DNA of 64,000 nucleotides from Candidatus Pyrohabitans jungbluthii (GCA_002010065.2 MTMD02000008.1:160001-224000), one strand, 5' to 3'; positions 19,821 to 30,554 are shown, numbered from the stretch's first letter. A program made the numbers and translations. Notes: generated by a model not told the origin, from the letters alone.

Positions 19821-21956
19821 TTGGATGTGGTGGGGATTAATGTCCTTGGAAAATTAAAACTTGGAACTAAGTTCCTTCTTGTTGTCGGAACTGTTGTAGC
19901 TGTGGTTATCTCATCTTTTTTTGTCTGGGAATACAAAGAACTGGAAAAACACATAATAAGTGGGGTAGAGAAGCAGGCTGAGATAGCCTTCGAGCAGATC
20001 GTTATAACCCGCCAGTGGAGTGCAGATTACGGAGGGGTATACGTTGAGAAAAGGGCAGGTGTGGAGTCCAACCCCTACCTCCGTGAAATCGGGATTAACC
20101 CAGATATAATTGATATTGAAGGAAAAAAATACACCTTAAAGAATCCTGCCCTCATGACAAGGGAAATCTCAAGTTATGCTGAGGCAAAGGGAATTCATCA
20201 ATTCCATATCACCAGCCTCAAGCTTATCAATCCCAACAATGCCCCGGATGAGTTTGAAAGGCAGGCGCTTGAAAAATTTGAAAATGGAATAAAAAGCGTT
20301 TCTCAGATAACAATTAAAAAAGGCACTCCAGTCTTCCAGTACATGGCACCTATTTATGTAGAGGAGGCGTGCCTGAAATGCCACGGGCATCTGGGGTATA
20401 ACGTGGGGGACATTGCAGGGGGCATAAGCGTCTTTGTGCCCATGCAGGAGGCGTATCTGGCTATTCAAAATACAAAAAGAAATCTCTTCTTTCTTGCAGC
20501 AGCAATAATACTCGTTTTAGAAGCAAGCCTCTATTTGTCAATAAAAAAGATGGTAACGAAGCCCTTAGAAAAACTTACCAGAGGTGCTGAAGAAATTGGA
20601 AAAAGCAATCTGGACTACAGGCTTGAGATAGAGAGCAGCGACGAAATAGGCAGACTTGCTGGAGCTTTTAACGATATGAGTTCAAAATTGAAGAAGTCCC
20701 ATGAGGATATAAAGCATAAAGCCGAGCAAATTGCTCTGATGCGGGACATCGACAAAGCTATACTCTCCACAATGCGCATAGATAAGATGGTCCCTGCGAT
20801 TCTCGGGAAAATAAACAGTGTAATATCCTGCGACTATGCTCATGTAGCCATTCTTGATGAAAAAAATAGAGACTTCTATGTTATTGGCTCTTCTGCGGAA
20901 AATAAGGCCTCTATTAGTTGCTTCAAGATACCATTTGAGCAGGCTTCTCAGTGTCCTGTTTTGAGAGATAAAAAACCCATGATTTGCGGGGATATAACCC
21001 AAGAAAACCCCTGCAGCGCATGCATCTTCAATTTGAAAATTGTGGAGGAAGGGGCTCGTTCTACATTAATTGTACCACTTCTCGCAGGGGAGCGGGTATT
21101 AGGTCTCCTTCATCTTGGAAGCCTCACCAACGACGCATTCAATGAGGAGCACATGGCAATAGCGCAGGAACTCGCAAACCAGCTTGCAGTCGCTCTTGAG
21201 AATGCAAGACTGATAGAAGAACTTAACAATGCTTATAAGAAGCTTGAAGAAAACTATCTCGATTTAAAAGAGATAGACAGGGTAAAAAACGACATCATCG
21301 CAAACGTTTCTCACGAGCTTAGAACGCCATTAACCATTGTGAAGGGTTTTATTGAAATTGCGATGGAAGAAGAGGATAAAGAGGAGAGAAATGAACTCCT
21401 TTCAATGTGCAGGAAGGCACTATTCAAGCAAAATAGAATTATAGACGACCTGATAAATGTATCGGAGTTCGAGAAAAAGGAATACAAAATAAAATTCGAA
21501 AATGTTGATTTAGAGCATGTTATCCACATTGCCAAAGAAGAGATTAAATCTTACGCACTTGAAAAGGATATTACCATAAAAACGTCTGTAGAAGAGAGCC
21601 TGCCTGATATAAAGGCAGATTTCGAGGCCTTGAAGCATGCAATTACTAATTTACTTGACAACGCAATAAAATTCAACAGGAAGGGCGGAGAGGTTGTCAT
21701 AGAAGCACGGCGAAAAGACAATGCGATTGAAGTATGCATTGCAGATACAGGTATTGGTATTCCCAAAGACAAAATACCTAAGCTGTTCACACCTCTATAC
21801 CAGATCAATGCCACCACTACTCGAAAATTCGGCGGCACTGGCATGGGCCTGGCGGTTGTCAAGAGAATTATTGAAGCCCACGGTGGAAAAGTATGGGTGG
21901 AAAGTGAGGAAGGTAAAGGAAGCAGATTTTGTTTTACCCTACCTATTCAAAGATAA
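19821..21956 (+). CDS. Sensor histidine kinase: TM-heme c (DUF3365)-TM-HAMP-GAF-HisKA-HATPase
   Basis: [32 protein letters not shown]; HAMP; GAF; SHELRTPL; GGTGMGL. Exact start uncertain. Confidence 0.9.
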   Translation: MDVVGINVLGKLKLGTKFLLVVGTVVAVVISSFFVWEYKELEKHIISGVEKQAEIAFEQIVITRQWSADYGGVYVEKRAGVESNPYLREIGINPDIIDIEGKKYTLKNPALMTREISSYAEAKGIHQFHITSLKLINPNNAPDEFERQALEKFENGIKSVSQITIKKGTPVFQYMAPIYVEEACLKCHGHLGYNVGDIAGGISVFVPMQEAYLAIQNTKRNLFFLAAAIILVLEASLYLSIKKMVTKPLEKLTRGAEEIGKSNLDYRLEIESSDEIGRLAGAFNDMSSKLKKSHEDIKHKAEQIALMRDIDKAILSTMRIDKMVPAILGKINSVISCDYAHVAILDEKNRDFYVIGSSAENKASISCFKIPFEQASQCPVLRDKKPMICGDITQENPCSACIFNLKIVEEGARSTLIVPLLAGERVLGLLHLGSLTNDAFNEEHMAIAQELANQLAVALENARLIEELNNAYKKLEENYLDLKEIDRVKNDIIANVSHELRTPLTIVKGFIEIAMEEEDKEERNELLSMCRKALFKQNRIIDDLINVSEFEKKEYKIKFENVDLEHVIHIAKEEIKSYALEKDITIKTSVEESLPDIKADFEALKHAITNLLDNAIKFNRKGGEVVIEARRKDNAIEVCIADTGIGIPKDKIPKLFTPLYQINATTTRKFGGTGMGLAVVKRIIEAHGGKVWVESEEGKGSRFCFTLPIQR

Positions 21957-22236
21957 TTTAGATTCTGAACCAGAAATTAAGCCCATAGGAGTATCTGATA
22001 AAATGATTATTCTTTCTTTCCGATATTATTAGATAAAAGGAGATTATTTTCATGTCGCTGGTAAATACCCAGACAACAAGGGAAGGATTGTTATTCTTTG
22101 GCCCCATCTGTATTTATTCACAAAACATAAGCGTGGATGTTCCGTAGCCGGATGGATGCTGATAATGCGCTCCAAGCAGGATGCCGAGGTTATCTTCATT
22201 ACTAATGAAGCTGCCATGCCTGGTGAGATGTTGCTA

Positions 22237-23157
22237 ATGATACTCAATTTCATTACTCTGGCTTTCTCAATAGTCGTGCTAGCATACGCCAGCGACTACT
22301 TCACGGAGGGTGCGGCAAAAATTGCGCGAAGACTTGGTGTCTCAAAGTTCATCATCGGCGCAGTGGTGGTTGGATTTGGCACCTCTTCGCCCGAGCTTTT
22401 CACATCTGTTTATGCGTCGCTCTCGGGCACTGGCGGCATCGCCATAGGAAATGTGATTGGCTCAAATATCGCCAACATCGGCCTTATTCTAGGTTTAGCA
22501 GCGTTCATCAGGGCAGCGATTATAAGGAAGGATGTAGAGTTCAGAAACAGTATCGCCTGCCTTCTACTCACTGTTATGGCGAGCGTGCTGATTCTACAGG
22601 GCTATGTGATCTCACTCCTGGACGGCATCCTCCTACTTGTAGCATTTACCTTTTATATCGTATACTCAATCAAAAATCCGGCCAACTCCACCTATGCTCC
22701 AGACGTAACTGAAGATGCAAAAGGGGCGGGGGTTCACGTGGTGTTTGGGCTTGCAGGGGTTTTGATAGGAAGTGTGTTGCTTGTAAACTCCGCCGTAGCC
22801 ATTGCCCACACTCTCGGCATACCTGAGTCGGTCATCGGGCTAACTCTGGTTGCCTTCGGCACAAGTGTGCCTGAGCTTGCGGTGTCTTTAGTAGCGGCAA
22901 AGAAGGGCTACTTTACCATGGTGCTTGGAAATGTGGTGGGCAGCAATATATTCAACATCCTGCTTGTGCTAGGCGCTGCCGCAGTTGCTAACCCCATTTT
23001 TGTTGATGATGCAATAGCTTTCAGGAGCACCCCAATGATGCTGATAGTTACTGCCTTAATGTTACTATTTATGAGAACCGGATGGAAGATTACGAGGGTG
23101 GAGGGATTGGTACTCCTCCTCTCCTACGGCGTGTTTCTGTGGGTGAGTTTCAGCTGA
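22237..23157 (+). CDS. Calcium/sodium antiporter (CaCA family)
   Basis: Alpha-repeats GTSSPE and GTSVPE, GNVIGSNIAN/GNVVGSNIFN; start chosen downstream of a GGTGA SD. Confidence 0.92.
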   Translation: MILNFITLAFSIVVLAYASDYFTEGAAKIARRLGVSKFIIGAVVVGFGTSSPELFTSVYASLSGTGGIAIGNVIGSNIANIGLILGLAAFIRAAIIRKDVEFRNSIACLLLTVMASVLILQGYVISLLDGILLLVAFTFYIVYSIKNPANSTYAPDVTEDAKGAGVHVVFGLAGVLIGSVLLVNSAVAIAHTLGIPESVIGLTLVAFGTSVPELAVSLVAAKKGYFTMVLGNVVGSNIFNILLVLGAAAVANPIFVDDAIAFRSTPMMLIVTALMLLFMRTGWKITRVEGLVLLLSYGVFLWVSFS

Positions 23158-23200
23158 CTAACAGTGACAACTTAACTATTTATCCTTTTTAACAACCTCT

Positions 23201-23425
23201 CTACAACGCTAAGGAACTCTTCTCTGTCAAAATGCAGACCTCCCAGCCGTTAGGCTCTGGCATCATAACGTCCAGCAGTATTACGTCTGGGATCTCCGAT
23301 TTAAGCTTCTCCAAGCACTCTGCCCCGCTCTCCGCCTCAGCGACGCTGTGCCCGACCATCTCCAGCATCCTCCTGGCCACAAACCTCACCCCGGGCTCAT
23401 CATCCACCAGCAGTATCCTCGCCAT
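23201..23425 (-). pseudogene. Truncated response regulator
   Basis: [26 protein letters not shown], then unrelated sequence and a stop at 74 aa; C-terminal Thr and Lys-Pro half missing. Confidence 0.75.
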
Positions 23426-25319
23426 TCTTCTCCCTCCAGATGGGCAGGGTGAAGCAGAAGGTCGAGCCCTTACCAAGCTCGCTCTCCACCGTTACCCTTC
23501 CTCCGTGCGCCTCTACCACCTCCTTCACTATGGCAAGCCCCATGCCTGCGCCGCCGTAGCGCCTCGTGGGAGAGCTGTCCACCTGGTAGAAGCGCTCGAA
23601 GATCTTATCCAGCCTGTCTTCGGGTATGCCTATGCCGGTGTCGCTCACGCAAACTTTTATCATACCATGCTCCTTCTCCGCCCGGATGTTGATTCTCCCT
23701 CCCTCTCTGTTGAACTTAATGGCATTATTTAGCAGGTTGCGCACTACCAGCTTGAGTTGCTCCCTATCCGCTCTAACCTTTGGAAGGTCCTCAGCCAGAC
23801 TAATCTCCATCGTAAGCTTGGCTTTAACCAGCATGGGCTTGAACTCGTCGCTCACCTGCTTTATCAGCTCGGCCACGTCCACCGGCTCGAGCTTGAGCCT
23901 TCTCTCGCCCTTTCTTATCTTAGCTGCCTCTATCAGGTTCTCCACAATGAAATTCTGGCGGGTAAGCGCATCTTCCGCCATCTTCAGAAGCCTATTCCTC
24001 TCCTCCGGGTCTTTCTCCTGCCTCGCCAGCTCTATTGCGCCCCTGGCAATGGTTAATGGTGTTCGGAGCTCATGGCTCACGTTGGCTATAATGTTGCCCT
24101 TCAGCTCGTCCAAGCTTTTGAGCTCCTGATAGGCTCGCCGGAGCTCCTCATACGCCCTCCTCAGCTCCTCATAAAGCCTGGCGTGCTCCACAGCCACAGA
24201 AGTAAGCGTCGCCAGAAGCACAAGCGTTCTGATGTGCTCCTCTGTGAACCTCATTTTTCTGCGGTTCGCCACGTACAGCACGCCCAGGGGCTCACCCTTC
24301 CCGGACATGAAGGGTACAGCTAGGAAGGAGACTAGTCCTTCCTTCCTGACGGCGTCGTAGGGAGGGTTTACTAGGCGCGGGTCGGTGAAGAAATCCTCCA
24401 CAACCACTGGCTTCCTTTCCTTCACCACCAGCCAGCCGAGTCCTGTCCCTCTCTCAAGCTCTATGTTCTCCAGCTCTCGGGTGCGCGTGCCCACAAGGGT
24501 GTGGTGACGAATCACATCTCCCTCCACAAAGCCAAAGAAGGCCACGTCCGCCTGGGTTAATTCCCTCGCCTTGCTCACAATAAACTTGAGCAGGGACGAA
24601 AGCTCGTGCCTCTCAATTATGTTTCTTTGGATCTCAACAACCACCTCAAGCTCCTCAATTGAGCGCCTCAGCCTATCCTCCAGCCGCTTGCGCTCTGTTA
24701 TTTCGCGGGCGATACTGAGGATCGCAGGTGAACCCTCGTACTCAATGAGCCTGCTGCTTATTTCAACGGGTATTCGAGACCCATCCCGCCTAAGGTAAGC
24801 TGTCTCGAAGGAGAGCCTAGTCCGCCGGTCCAGCTCCGTGAGCCGCTCCCGCGCTAAGGTAGCATACTCAGGAGCCTCTATGTCTGCCATTTTCATCTGC
24901 AAAAGCTCATCTCGGCTGTAGTCAAGCAACTCGCATGCGGTGAGATTAACCTCCAGGAAATGCCCCTCAAAGTCATGAATGAAGATGGCATCAGCCGCGT
25001 TGTCGAAAAGGATTCTGAACTTCCTCTCGGACTCCTGTTTCCTGCTCACCAGGTAGGCGAAGGCTGTCGAAAGTACAGGCGCAAGGAGAATCAGAATGTG
25101 GAAGAAGGGGATAAACAGTGGCTCCGTCTCTGTGAGGTGGACGAAAAGCTCGCTGAAGCCTGCCTTCTCTTTGTACTCATAAGAAAGATACGAGAGGAGC
25201 ATCACCCAGCCGCTCGCACCTATGGCAATGCTCAGCTTCCGAGATTTTATGGTTAGGGTCAGTTTTTTCAGAAATTTTAGCATCACATTTCCCTCACAGG
25301 CTGTGTCCCCCTGAAGCAT
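23400..25319 (-). CDS. Membrane PAS-GAF sensor histidine kinase
   Basis: 2 TM, PAS ([13 protein letters not shown]), [18 protein letters not shown]; real start probably near 25283-25286. Confidence 0.9.
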   Translation of the reverse strand: MLQGDTACEGNVMLKFLKKLTLTIKSRKLSIAIGASGWVMLLSYLSYEYKEKAGFSELFVHLTETEPLFIPFFHILILLAPVLSTAFAYLVSRKQESERKFRILFDNAADAIFIHDFEGHFLEVNLTACELLDYSRDELLQMKMADIEAPEYATLARERLTELDRRTRLSFETAYLRRDGSRIPVEISSRLIEYEGSPAILSIAREITERKRLEDRLRRSIEELEVVVEIQRNIIERHELSSLLKFIVSKARELTQADVAFFGFVEGDVIRHHTLVGTRTRELENIELERGTGLGWLVVKERKPVVVEDFFTDPRLVNPPYDAVRKEGLVSFLAVPFMSGKGEPLGVLYVANRRKMRFTEEHIRTLVLLATLTSVAVEHARLYEELRRAYEELRRAYQELKSLDELKGNIIANVSHELRTPLTIARGAIELARQEKDPEERNRLLKMAEDALTRQNFIVENLIEAAKIRKGERRLKLEPVDVAELIKQVSDEFKPMLVKAKLTMEISLAEDLPKVRADREQLKLVVRNLLNNAIKFNREGGRINIRAEKEHGMIKVCVSDTGIGIPEDRLDKIFERFYQVDSSPTRRYGGAGMGLAIVKEVVEAHGGRVTVESELGKGSTFCFTLPIWREKNGEDTAGG

Positions 25320-25542
25320 GTGATTTTTTGAGCATATATAAATATCTTACTTAAAAATTTAACTTCAGTGTCTAAGCATAACATATATTCTCCCATCAGC
25401 TGTAAATATGGTACCCTCAAGTGATACATCACAACACTCTGTCTACCCTATCTGAATCCTTAAAGGATGAAATTAAAAATTTTAAGGAACTAATGTAAGG
25501 CAAAAAGCGCTATATTTAAGTAGTAGCGGTGTACTATATTGA

Positions 25543-26868
25543 TTGGGGAGCATGAAACGCTGGATTTCAATGCGGGAGTATGTATTTGGGATTTTCCTTA
25601 TGAGCCTTGGGGTAGTATTGAACATCCTGTACTGGATGACTGAGCTTTTCATACGAAAGGAGACTCTCTACGGAGATTTCATGGAAGATCCGGTGGCTCA
25701 CACGTTGATCATCCTCTTCATACCCATAATGGTTGTAGTGGGCTACCAGTTCATGCAGGAGCGCAGGCTCAGGGCGCAGGTAGAGGAGGCGAGGCTTAAA
25801 GCTGAGCAGTCGCGGGAGAAGCTTCAGGAGTTCTTCAGAGAACTTGAAGGCATAATGCACACCGTACCCGCGGCGGTCATCACCACCGACGGCGAGGGGC
25901 TCATAAACTTCTTCAACCGCCGCGCCATGGAGTACCTCAAGAGGGGCGAGGGGGAAATTCTTGGCACTCCAATATGGGAATACTTCCAGGAACCAGAGGT
26001 GGAGGCCACGATACGGAAATTGCTCAGCGGCGAGCTTAAGGAAAAGATGGTGACCTTGGAGGCCACGCTCCACACCGGAAAGGCGGTGCAGCTCTCAATT
26101 TCGGCTGTTCCCGGAGGCGACAGGAAGGTGGAAGGCGTCGGCGTTGTCGCATCCTTGCTGGACATAACCAGGCTGAAGAAGCTTATGGAGGAGCTGGAGG
26201 AGACAAATCGCTATAAAAACCTTTTCCTGGACATACTTCGCCACGACCTGCTCAACCCTGCTGGCGTTATAGACAATTACATAGACCTCCTGCTAGAGGA
26301 CGCTAAGGAAGGCGAGAAGGAAGACCTCACCGCCATGAAGCGTGCTGTTAAGAAGATTTTAGACATAATTGAGGATGCCGCCAAGCTTGCTAAGCTGGAG
26401 AGAATCGAGCCGAAGTTCAAGGATATGGACCTTGACAGCGTAATCAGAGAGGTGATAGAGGATTTCAAGCCCCTGCTCAGGGAGGCAGGGATGGAGGTTG
26501 AGTACACCTCCAGGAGTGGCCTTTCCATAAAGGCGAGCCCTCTGCTCTACGATGTTTTTGCTAATCTTTTGAGCAACGCCATAAAGTACGCGAGGGACGG
26601 TAAGAAGGTGGTCATCGAGGTGGAAGACGATGGAAGTAACTACATCATTCGGGTTAAGGACTTCGGCGAGGGTGTGCCGGACGAGTTCAAGAAGGTTATA
26701 TTTGAGCGCTTCAAGCGCAAGGAGAAGCGCGGGGTAAAGGGCACAGGTCTGGGGCTTGCCATAGTCAAGAGGATAGTGGAGATGCACTCCGGCAAAGTGT
26801 GGGTGGAGGACAACTCCCCTAGGGGCGCAGTTTTTGTGGTTAAGCTGCCCAAGCGCAGGGAAGGCTAA
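25543..26868 (+). CDS. Membrane PAS sensor histidine kinase
   Basis: 2 TM, PAS, LRHDLLNP, NAIKY, GVKGTGLGL. Confidence 0.9.
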   Translation: MGSMKRWISMREYVFGIFLMSLGVVLNILYWMTELFIRKETLYGDFMEDPVAHTLIILFIPIMVVVGYQFMQERRLRAQVEEARLKAEQSREKLQEFFRELEGIMHTVPAAVITTDGEGLINFFNRRAMEYLKRGEGEILGTPIWEYFQEPEVEATIRKLLSGELKEKMVTLEATLHTGKAVQLSISAVPGGDRKVEGVGVVASLLDITRLKKLMEELEETNRYKNLFLDILRHDLLNPAGVIDNYIDLLLEDAKEGEKEDLTAMKRAVKKILDIIEDAAKLAKLERIEPKFKDMDLDSVIREVIEDFKPLLREAGMEVEYTSRSGLSIKASPLLYDVFANLLSNAIKYARDGKKVVIEVEDDGSNYIIRVKDFGEGVPDEFKKVIFERFKRKEKRGVKGTGLGLAIVKRIVEMHSGKVWVEDNSPRGAVFVVKLPKRREG

Positions 26869-27039
26869 GCCTTCCAGTGCTCCCTCTCTTCATCCTATAT
26901 CAACGGGTATATTAAATTCCGGCATATTTTTCCCTTTGTTTTATCCTCTCCTTATATGCTTTCATTTTACAAATTAAAGATTAGAATAGAGGAGGGAGGA
27001 TTAGTTATTACAAAAGTTTAGAAACCTGCGTAACTCTTT

Positions 27040-27120
27040 AAAAAGGTGCTGGAGGAGGTCTGTGAAAACAGCCTCAGCAGACCCCCAGCACCCTAAACCT
27101 GCCTAGTAGCGCTGGCAGAC
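27040..27120 (-). terminator. Tandem hairpins plus U-tract downstream of ccmE
   Basis: GGTGCTGG/CCAGCACC and GGTCTG/CAGACC arms, second stem CTGCC/GGCAG; followed by TTTTT on the minus strand. Confidence 0.5.
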
Positions 27121-27134
27121 GATGCCGATAAGCT

Positions 27135-27563
27135 TCACTCTGCACTTACCTTTGCCTCATACTTTGAGGGACACTTTACAAGCAGCTTATTTGCTATGAG
27201 TGTATCCCCGCGGAGTGTGCCTATGGCAACGACGTCTATCTGCGAGTTGGGATCAAACTCCTTATCCAGCGGGAAGGTTGCGGGTATAACACCATAGTAG
27301 GCCACCTTTATGCTCGCCTTGCCGTCGGTGAGGGTGAAGTTCAGATTCTTGGGCACCCAGCTTACTGTGCCTTCAACCACATAACCCTGAACCTGGACCT
27401 GCTTGCCCTGGTAGCTCTGGGCGTTATTAACAACCTCGCTCACACTCTTGTAGGGGTTCACAAAGCTCTCGCTAGAAGTCGTGCTGAAGGCTATGCCAAC
27501 AAAAACCAGAACTACCGCAACACCCACAAGGTATTTGAGATTCTTTGCGGTCTTCTTATCCAT
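27135..27563 (-). CDS. ccmE: Cytochrome c maturation heme chaperone, CxxxY type
   Basis: N-terminal TM anchor, VQVQGYVVEG, YYGVIP, C-terminal LLVKCPSKY. Confidence 0.9.
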   Translation of the reverse strand: MDKKTAKNLKYLVGVAVVLVFVGIAFSTTSSESFVNPYKSVSEVVNNAQSYQGKQVQVQGYVVEGTVSWVPKNLNFTLTDGKASIKVAYYGVIPATFPLDKEFDPNSQIDVVAIGTLRGDTLIANKLLVKCPSKYEAKVSAE

Positions 27564-27593
27564 ACCTTCACCTCAAAAATAAAAAAGGAAGAG

Positions 27594-27662
27594 CTACATG
27601 CAGCTCTTGTGGCACTTACAGGTTGTATATGCAGCTTTCTTCTCCCTCTTCACAATTCTCAT
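27594..27662 (-). CDS. Putative 22-aa Cys/His-rich peptide MRIVKREKKAAYTTCKCHKSCM
   Basis: GGTGA SD 6 nt before ATG, AAAATATATGTA TATA-like box upstream, T-tracts after the TAG. Confidence 0.55.
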   Translation of the reverse strand: MRIVKREKKAAYTTCKCHKSCM

Positions 27663-27742
27663 AATAATCACCGAGTTATTTACTGTTCGGGCGATACATA
27701 TATTTTGTGCTTTACAAACTGTCAAACTTCTGGACACCTTAC

Positions 27743-28360
27743 TTATTTCTCCGCAATGATGAAACGAAAGACTGAAGTCAAAAGCCATTCCTCTTTGACT
27801 ACCCTGAACCCGGCTTTCCTTATGTTCTCAACCGTTCGTCTGTTTATCTCAGGTCCAAAGACCCTCGCTATTGGATTAAGCACGTCTAGAATCACTCCAC
27901 CAATTTCATTCTCACACCTCATGTGTTCCAGAAAGTAAACTCTACCCCCCGGTTTCAGCACCCTGTAGAGCTCTCTCAGACCTCTTATCGGATTCTCTAC
28001 AGAGCAGAATACGTATGTAGACACCGCCGCGTCGAAGACGTCATTTTTGAAGGGTAATGCCTCAGCATCACATTGAATAAGCTCCACATTCTTCCTGAGC
28101 TTTTCTACCTTCTCTTTTGCTTTTTCAAGCATCTTTAGGCTGATATCAATTCCAATAAAGTTTCCCCCTCCGTAATACTGTATGTTCTTACCTGTTCCTA
28201 TACCCACCTCGAGAATACGATTTCCCTCAAGCCTCTCAAAAAGCAGCTTCCTCCACTTGGAAAAAGCCATAACCTCCATTGGAGACTCGAAAACGTCATA
28301 AAGTGCGGCGGCCCTATCGTACCTCTTCTTATCCACTCCCCTCTTGATATATTCACCCAT
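27743..28360 (-). CDS. Class I SAM-dependent methyltransferase
   Basis: ILEVGIGTGKN, GIDIS, DAEALPF, VFCSV, VLKPGG. Confidence 0.9.
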   Translation of the reverse strand: MGEYIKRGVDKKRYDRAAALYDVFESPMEVMAFSKWRKLLFERLEGNRILEVGIGTGKNIQYYGGGNFIGIDISLKMLEKAKEKVEKLRKNVELIQCDAEALPFKNDVFDAAVSTYVFCSVENPIRGLRELYRVLKPGGRVYFLEHMRCENEIGGVILDVLNPIARVFGPEINRRTVENIRKAGFRVVKEEWLLTSVFRFIIAEK

Positions 28361-28418
28361 ATTTCCCCCTTCTTGATGTTATATTGGGTAACAATAACCA
28401 CAAGTCCAGAAATTGTAT

Positions 28419-28892
28419 CTAATTCTCAGTCACATACGCCTCAAGAAATTGCAGGAAAATATCCTTTGGCATGTATCCCACTGCCTTGTCCAGGAATTTA
28501 CCGTTTTTATCCAGAATCACAAAGGATGGATGACCGGTTATGCGGTAAAGAATGAGCAATCTCCTATTTTCCGGTAGGTCTGAGTCTATTTTCACAGGCA
28601 CAAAGTTCTCTGAAACAAAATCTATAACCTCTCCATCGCTCATCACTTCCTTATCCATCTTCACACACCAGCTACACCAACCAGCCCAGAAGTTTATGAG
28701 CACGGGCTTATCCACCTCCTTTGCCACCTGAACACCCTTATTGAGGTCATTCCATATCCAGTTTATCTGATGGTCTGCACCCTTCGCTGCACTGCTATCC
28801 ACCTGAACATTTCCACCCTGAGATTGAAAGAAGAATATGAAGAGAAGCAAAGTTAAACCCAAGCCGAGTAGACCAAACAACCGCTTATCCAT
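28419..28892 (-). CDS. Membrane-anchored thioredoxin-fold protein
   Basis: N-terminal TM, FWAGWCSWC, GHP cis-Pro loop. Confidence 0.85.
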   Translation of the reverse strand: MDKRLFGLLGLGLTLLLFIFFFQSQGGNVQVDSSAAKGADHQINWIWNDLNKGVQVAKEVDKPVLINFWAGWCSWCVKMDKEVMSDGEVIDFVSENFVPVKIDSDLPENRRLLILYRITGHPSFVILDKNGKFLDKAVGYMPKDIFLQFLEAYVTEN

Positions 28893-29059
28893 GTTATCAG
28901 TCCCTCGTTTAACAGGTACTCTGGATTGTCATGTTAAAAATACCTTTCTCCTGACAAAATGAAGACAATTGTGCGAAAATATTTTTCAAAATGTAACCGA
29001 TACATCTGTGACAATATGAAAAACCTCCTGTTGCCAGAGGATCATCAATGTCAACAGCC

Positions 29060-29551
29060 TTATACCTCATTTACTGCAAAGCATTTAGCCTCCCTTTCGC
29101 TGGTAAACTCCAGTCGCTTTATCTTCTCCTCGTAATGCTTAACCCTCTGTGAAAGATGCTTAGTTACAATGTCCACATTCCTGTAGTTTATCCTGCACTG
29201 CCTCTCCCTGTGCATACAGTTAATAAGCTTGCGGTAGGTGTTGGTTGCGCATTCAACCTCACCAAGTTCCTCATATATGCGGGCCGCTTCCACATAGCAG
29301 CCTTTGGCCAGGTCGATTAACATGAGCATTGCAGGCTCATACCTTGCGCTGCGCATATTCACATAAACTGTTAGATAGCAGTCGCCAGCAAGCTGGTAAA
29401 GCGCTGCTGCACGGAGGGTGTTACCCTGCCTCTCAGCTTCTGCTCCCTGTTCCATAAAACTCCTCGCCAGCTCAAGTACGGCGGCACTTCCCCTTCGCAT
29501 CGCCGCATTCAGCTCTTCATAACCAATTCTCAGCATTGCACCTATGTCCAT
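29060..29551 (-). CDS. Hypothetical TPR/SNAP-like helical protein
   Basis: GGAGG SD before the ATG at 29551; AAALYQLAGDCY and YVEAARIYEELG repeats. Confidence 0.55.
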   Translation of the reverse strand: MDIGAMLRIGYEELNAAMRRGSAAVLELARSFMEQGAEAERQGNTLRAAALYQLAGDCYLTVYVNMRSARYEPAMLMLIDLAKGCYVEAARIYEELGEVECATNTYRKLINCMHRERQCRINYRNVDIVTKHLSQRVKHYEEKIKRLEFTSEREAKCFAVNEV

Positions 29552-29791
29552 GCTTTCAACCTCCACTGATGCATGAGCATGCCTGTTGTACCCATTTGAG
29601 ATCACATTGACGCCTACTTTTGCAGCAGCCGAGCTATAATTTGTCCATAAAACCAAGGCATCCTCCTGAAAGAAAAAAGCATAAGCACGGTTACAAACGT
29701 TTAATACCGTCCATAACTGCATAAAGAGACTAAAATCAGAATATTATATCTTAATAATCCAGTACCATGCCCGGAACAAATTTTCATAAAA

Positions 29792-30247
29792 ATGGAGAGG
29801 TTACCTAACTACCATATGGTGATGCACCAGCGGAGAGTTCGTTCGTGGCATGGGGTGGAGTTTGACATAAAAATTATAAATCAGAACTGGGCTAAGCTCG
29901 GAATTCTACCGCCTCATCCGCAGCTGGTAAACCTCATAATCAGGAAGGGGCTAGAGAGGAATAAAAACATCCAGATGCAGATTTTACATGAGTTTGGTCA
30001 TGTTCAGACGTTTCCATTCGTTTTTCTATATTATCTCCCTCTCTATCTTTCAGCAAAGCTTGGAAATATAAATAATTGGTTTGTTGCAACTCTTGGTCTG
30101 TTCTTCTTTTGGGAGATGGTCGCCGAAATCTATGTTTTCTTCAAGGATGAAAATTATATTAACGCATATATTAATAACCTGAGCCTTTACACTGTATTTT
30201 TCTGGGTAATCGCAGTGATTTTTATAGTTCTGCCATTCGTGTGGTGA
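29792..30247 (+). CDS. Membrane protein with HExxH motif (putative Zn peptidase)
   Basis: LHEFGHVQT followed by WEMVAE and TM segments. Confidence 0.55.
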   Translation: MERLPNYHMVMHQRRVRSWHGVEFDIKIINQNWAKLGILPPHPQLVNLIIRKGLERNKNIQMQILHEFGHVQTFPFVFLYYLPLYLSAKLGNINNWFVATLGLFFFWEMVAEIYVFFKDENYINAYINNLSLYTVFFWVIAVIFIVLPFVW

Positions 30248-30284
30248 ATGAATTTTTTAAATCCACATAAAAATCCTTGGAATA

Positions 30285-30554
30285 TTACTTCTTTAATTTG
30301 GTCTCGAGGAAATCGCCTATTATTGTGCCAGCGATGAAAATTATGGTGTAGATAGCGATTACTATAATGAAACCTATAAGCGTGGCACCAAAGAACAGAA
30401 AGCCACCCATGAAGAAGCTCAGCAAGCCGAAAACGATGCCAGTGATAACACCTATCTTCAGACCCTTCTTGAGCAACTTCATCTTATCTTCCTTTCCGGG
30501 ACTCACATATCCGTAGACTACTCCGGCGATAAATACCAGCAGGTCAAGGGTCAT
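30285..30554 (-). CDS. Small conserved membrane protein
   Basis: GVVYGYVSPGKED..GTIIGDFLE; three hydrophobic segments. Confidence 0.7.
   Translation of the reverse strand: MTLDLLVFIAGVVYGYVSPGKEDKMKLLKKGLKIGVITGIVFGLLSFFMGGFLFFGATLIGFIIVIAIYTIIFIAGTIIGDFLETKLKK

Noticed and set aside
23201-23240. Pyrrolysine or selenocysteine read-through of the truncated receiver
   Set aside because: Homology is lost about 10 codons before the TAG, so this is a truncation rather than recoding.
25380-25470. Box C/D sRNA between the divergent kinases
   Set aside because: Only degenerate C and D boxes, with no convincing C'/D' pair or guide.
27045-27092. Archaeal SECIS or H/ACA RNA
   Set aside because: No clear GAA/A internal loop or K-turn, and no in-frame UGA gene nearby.
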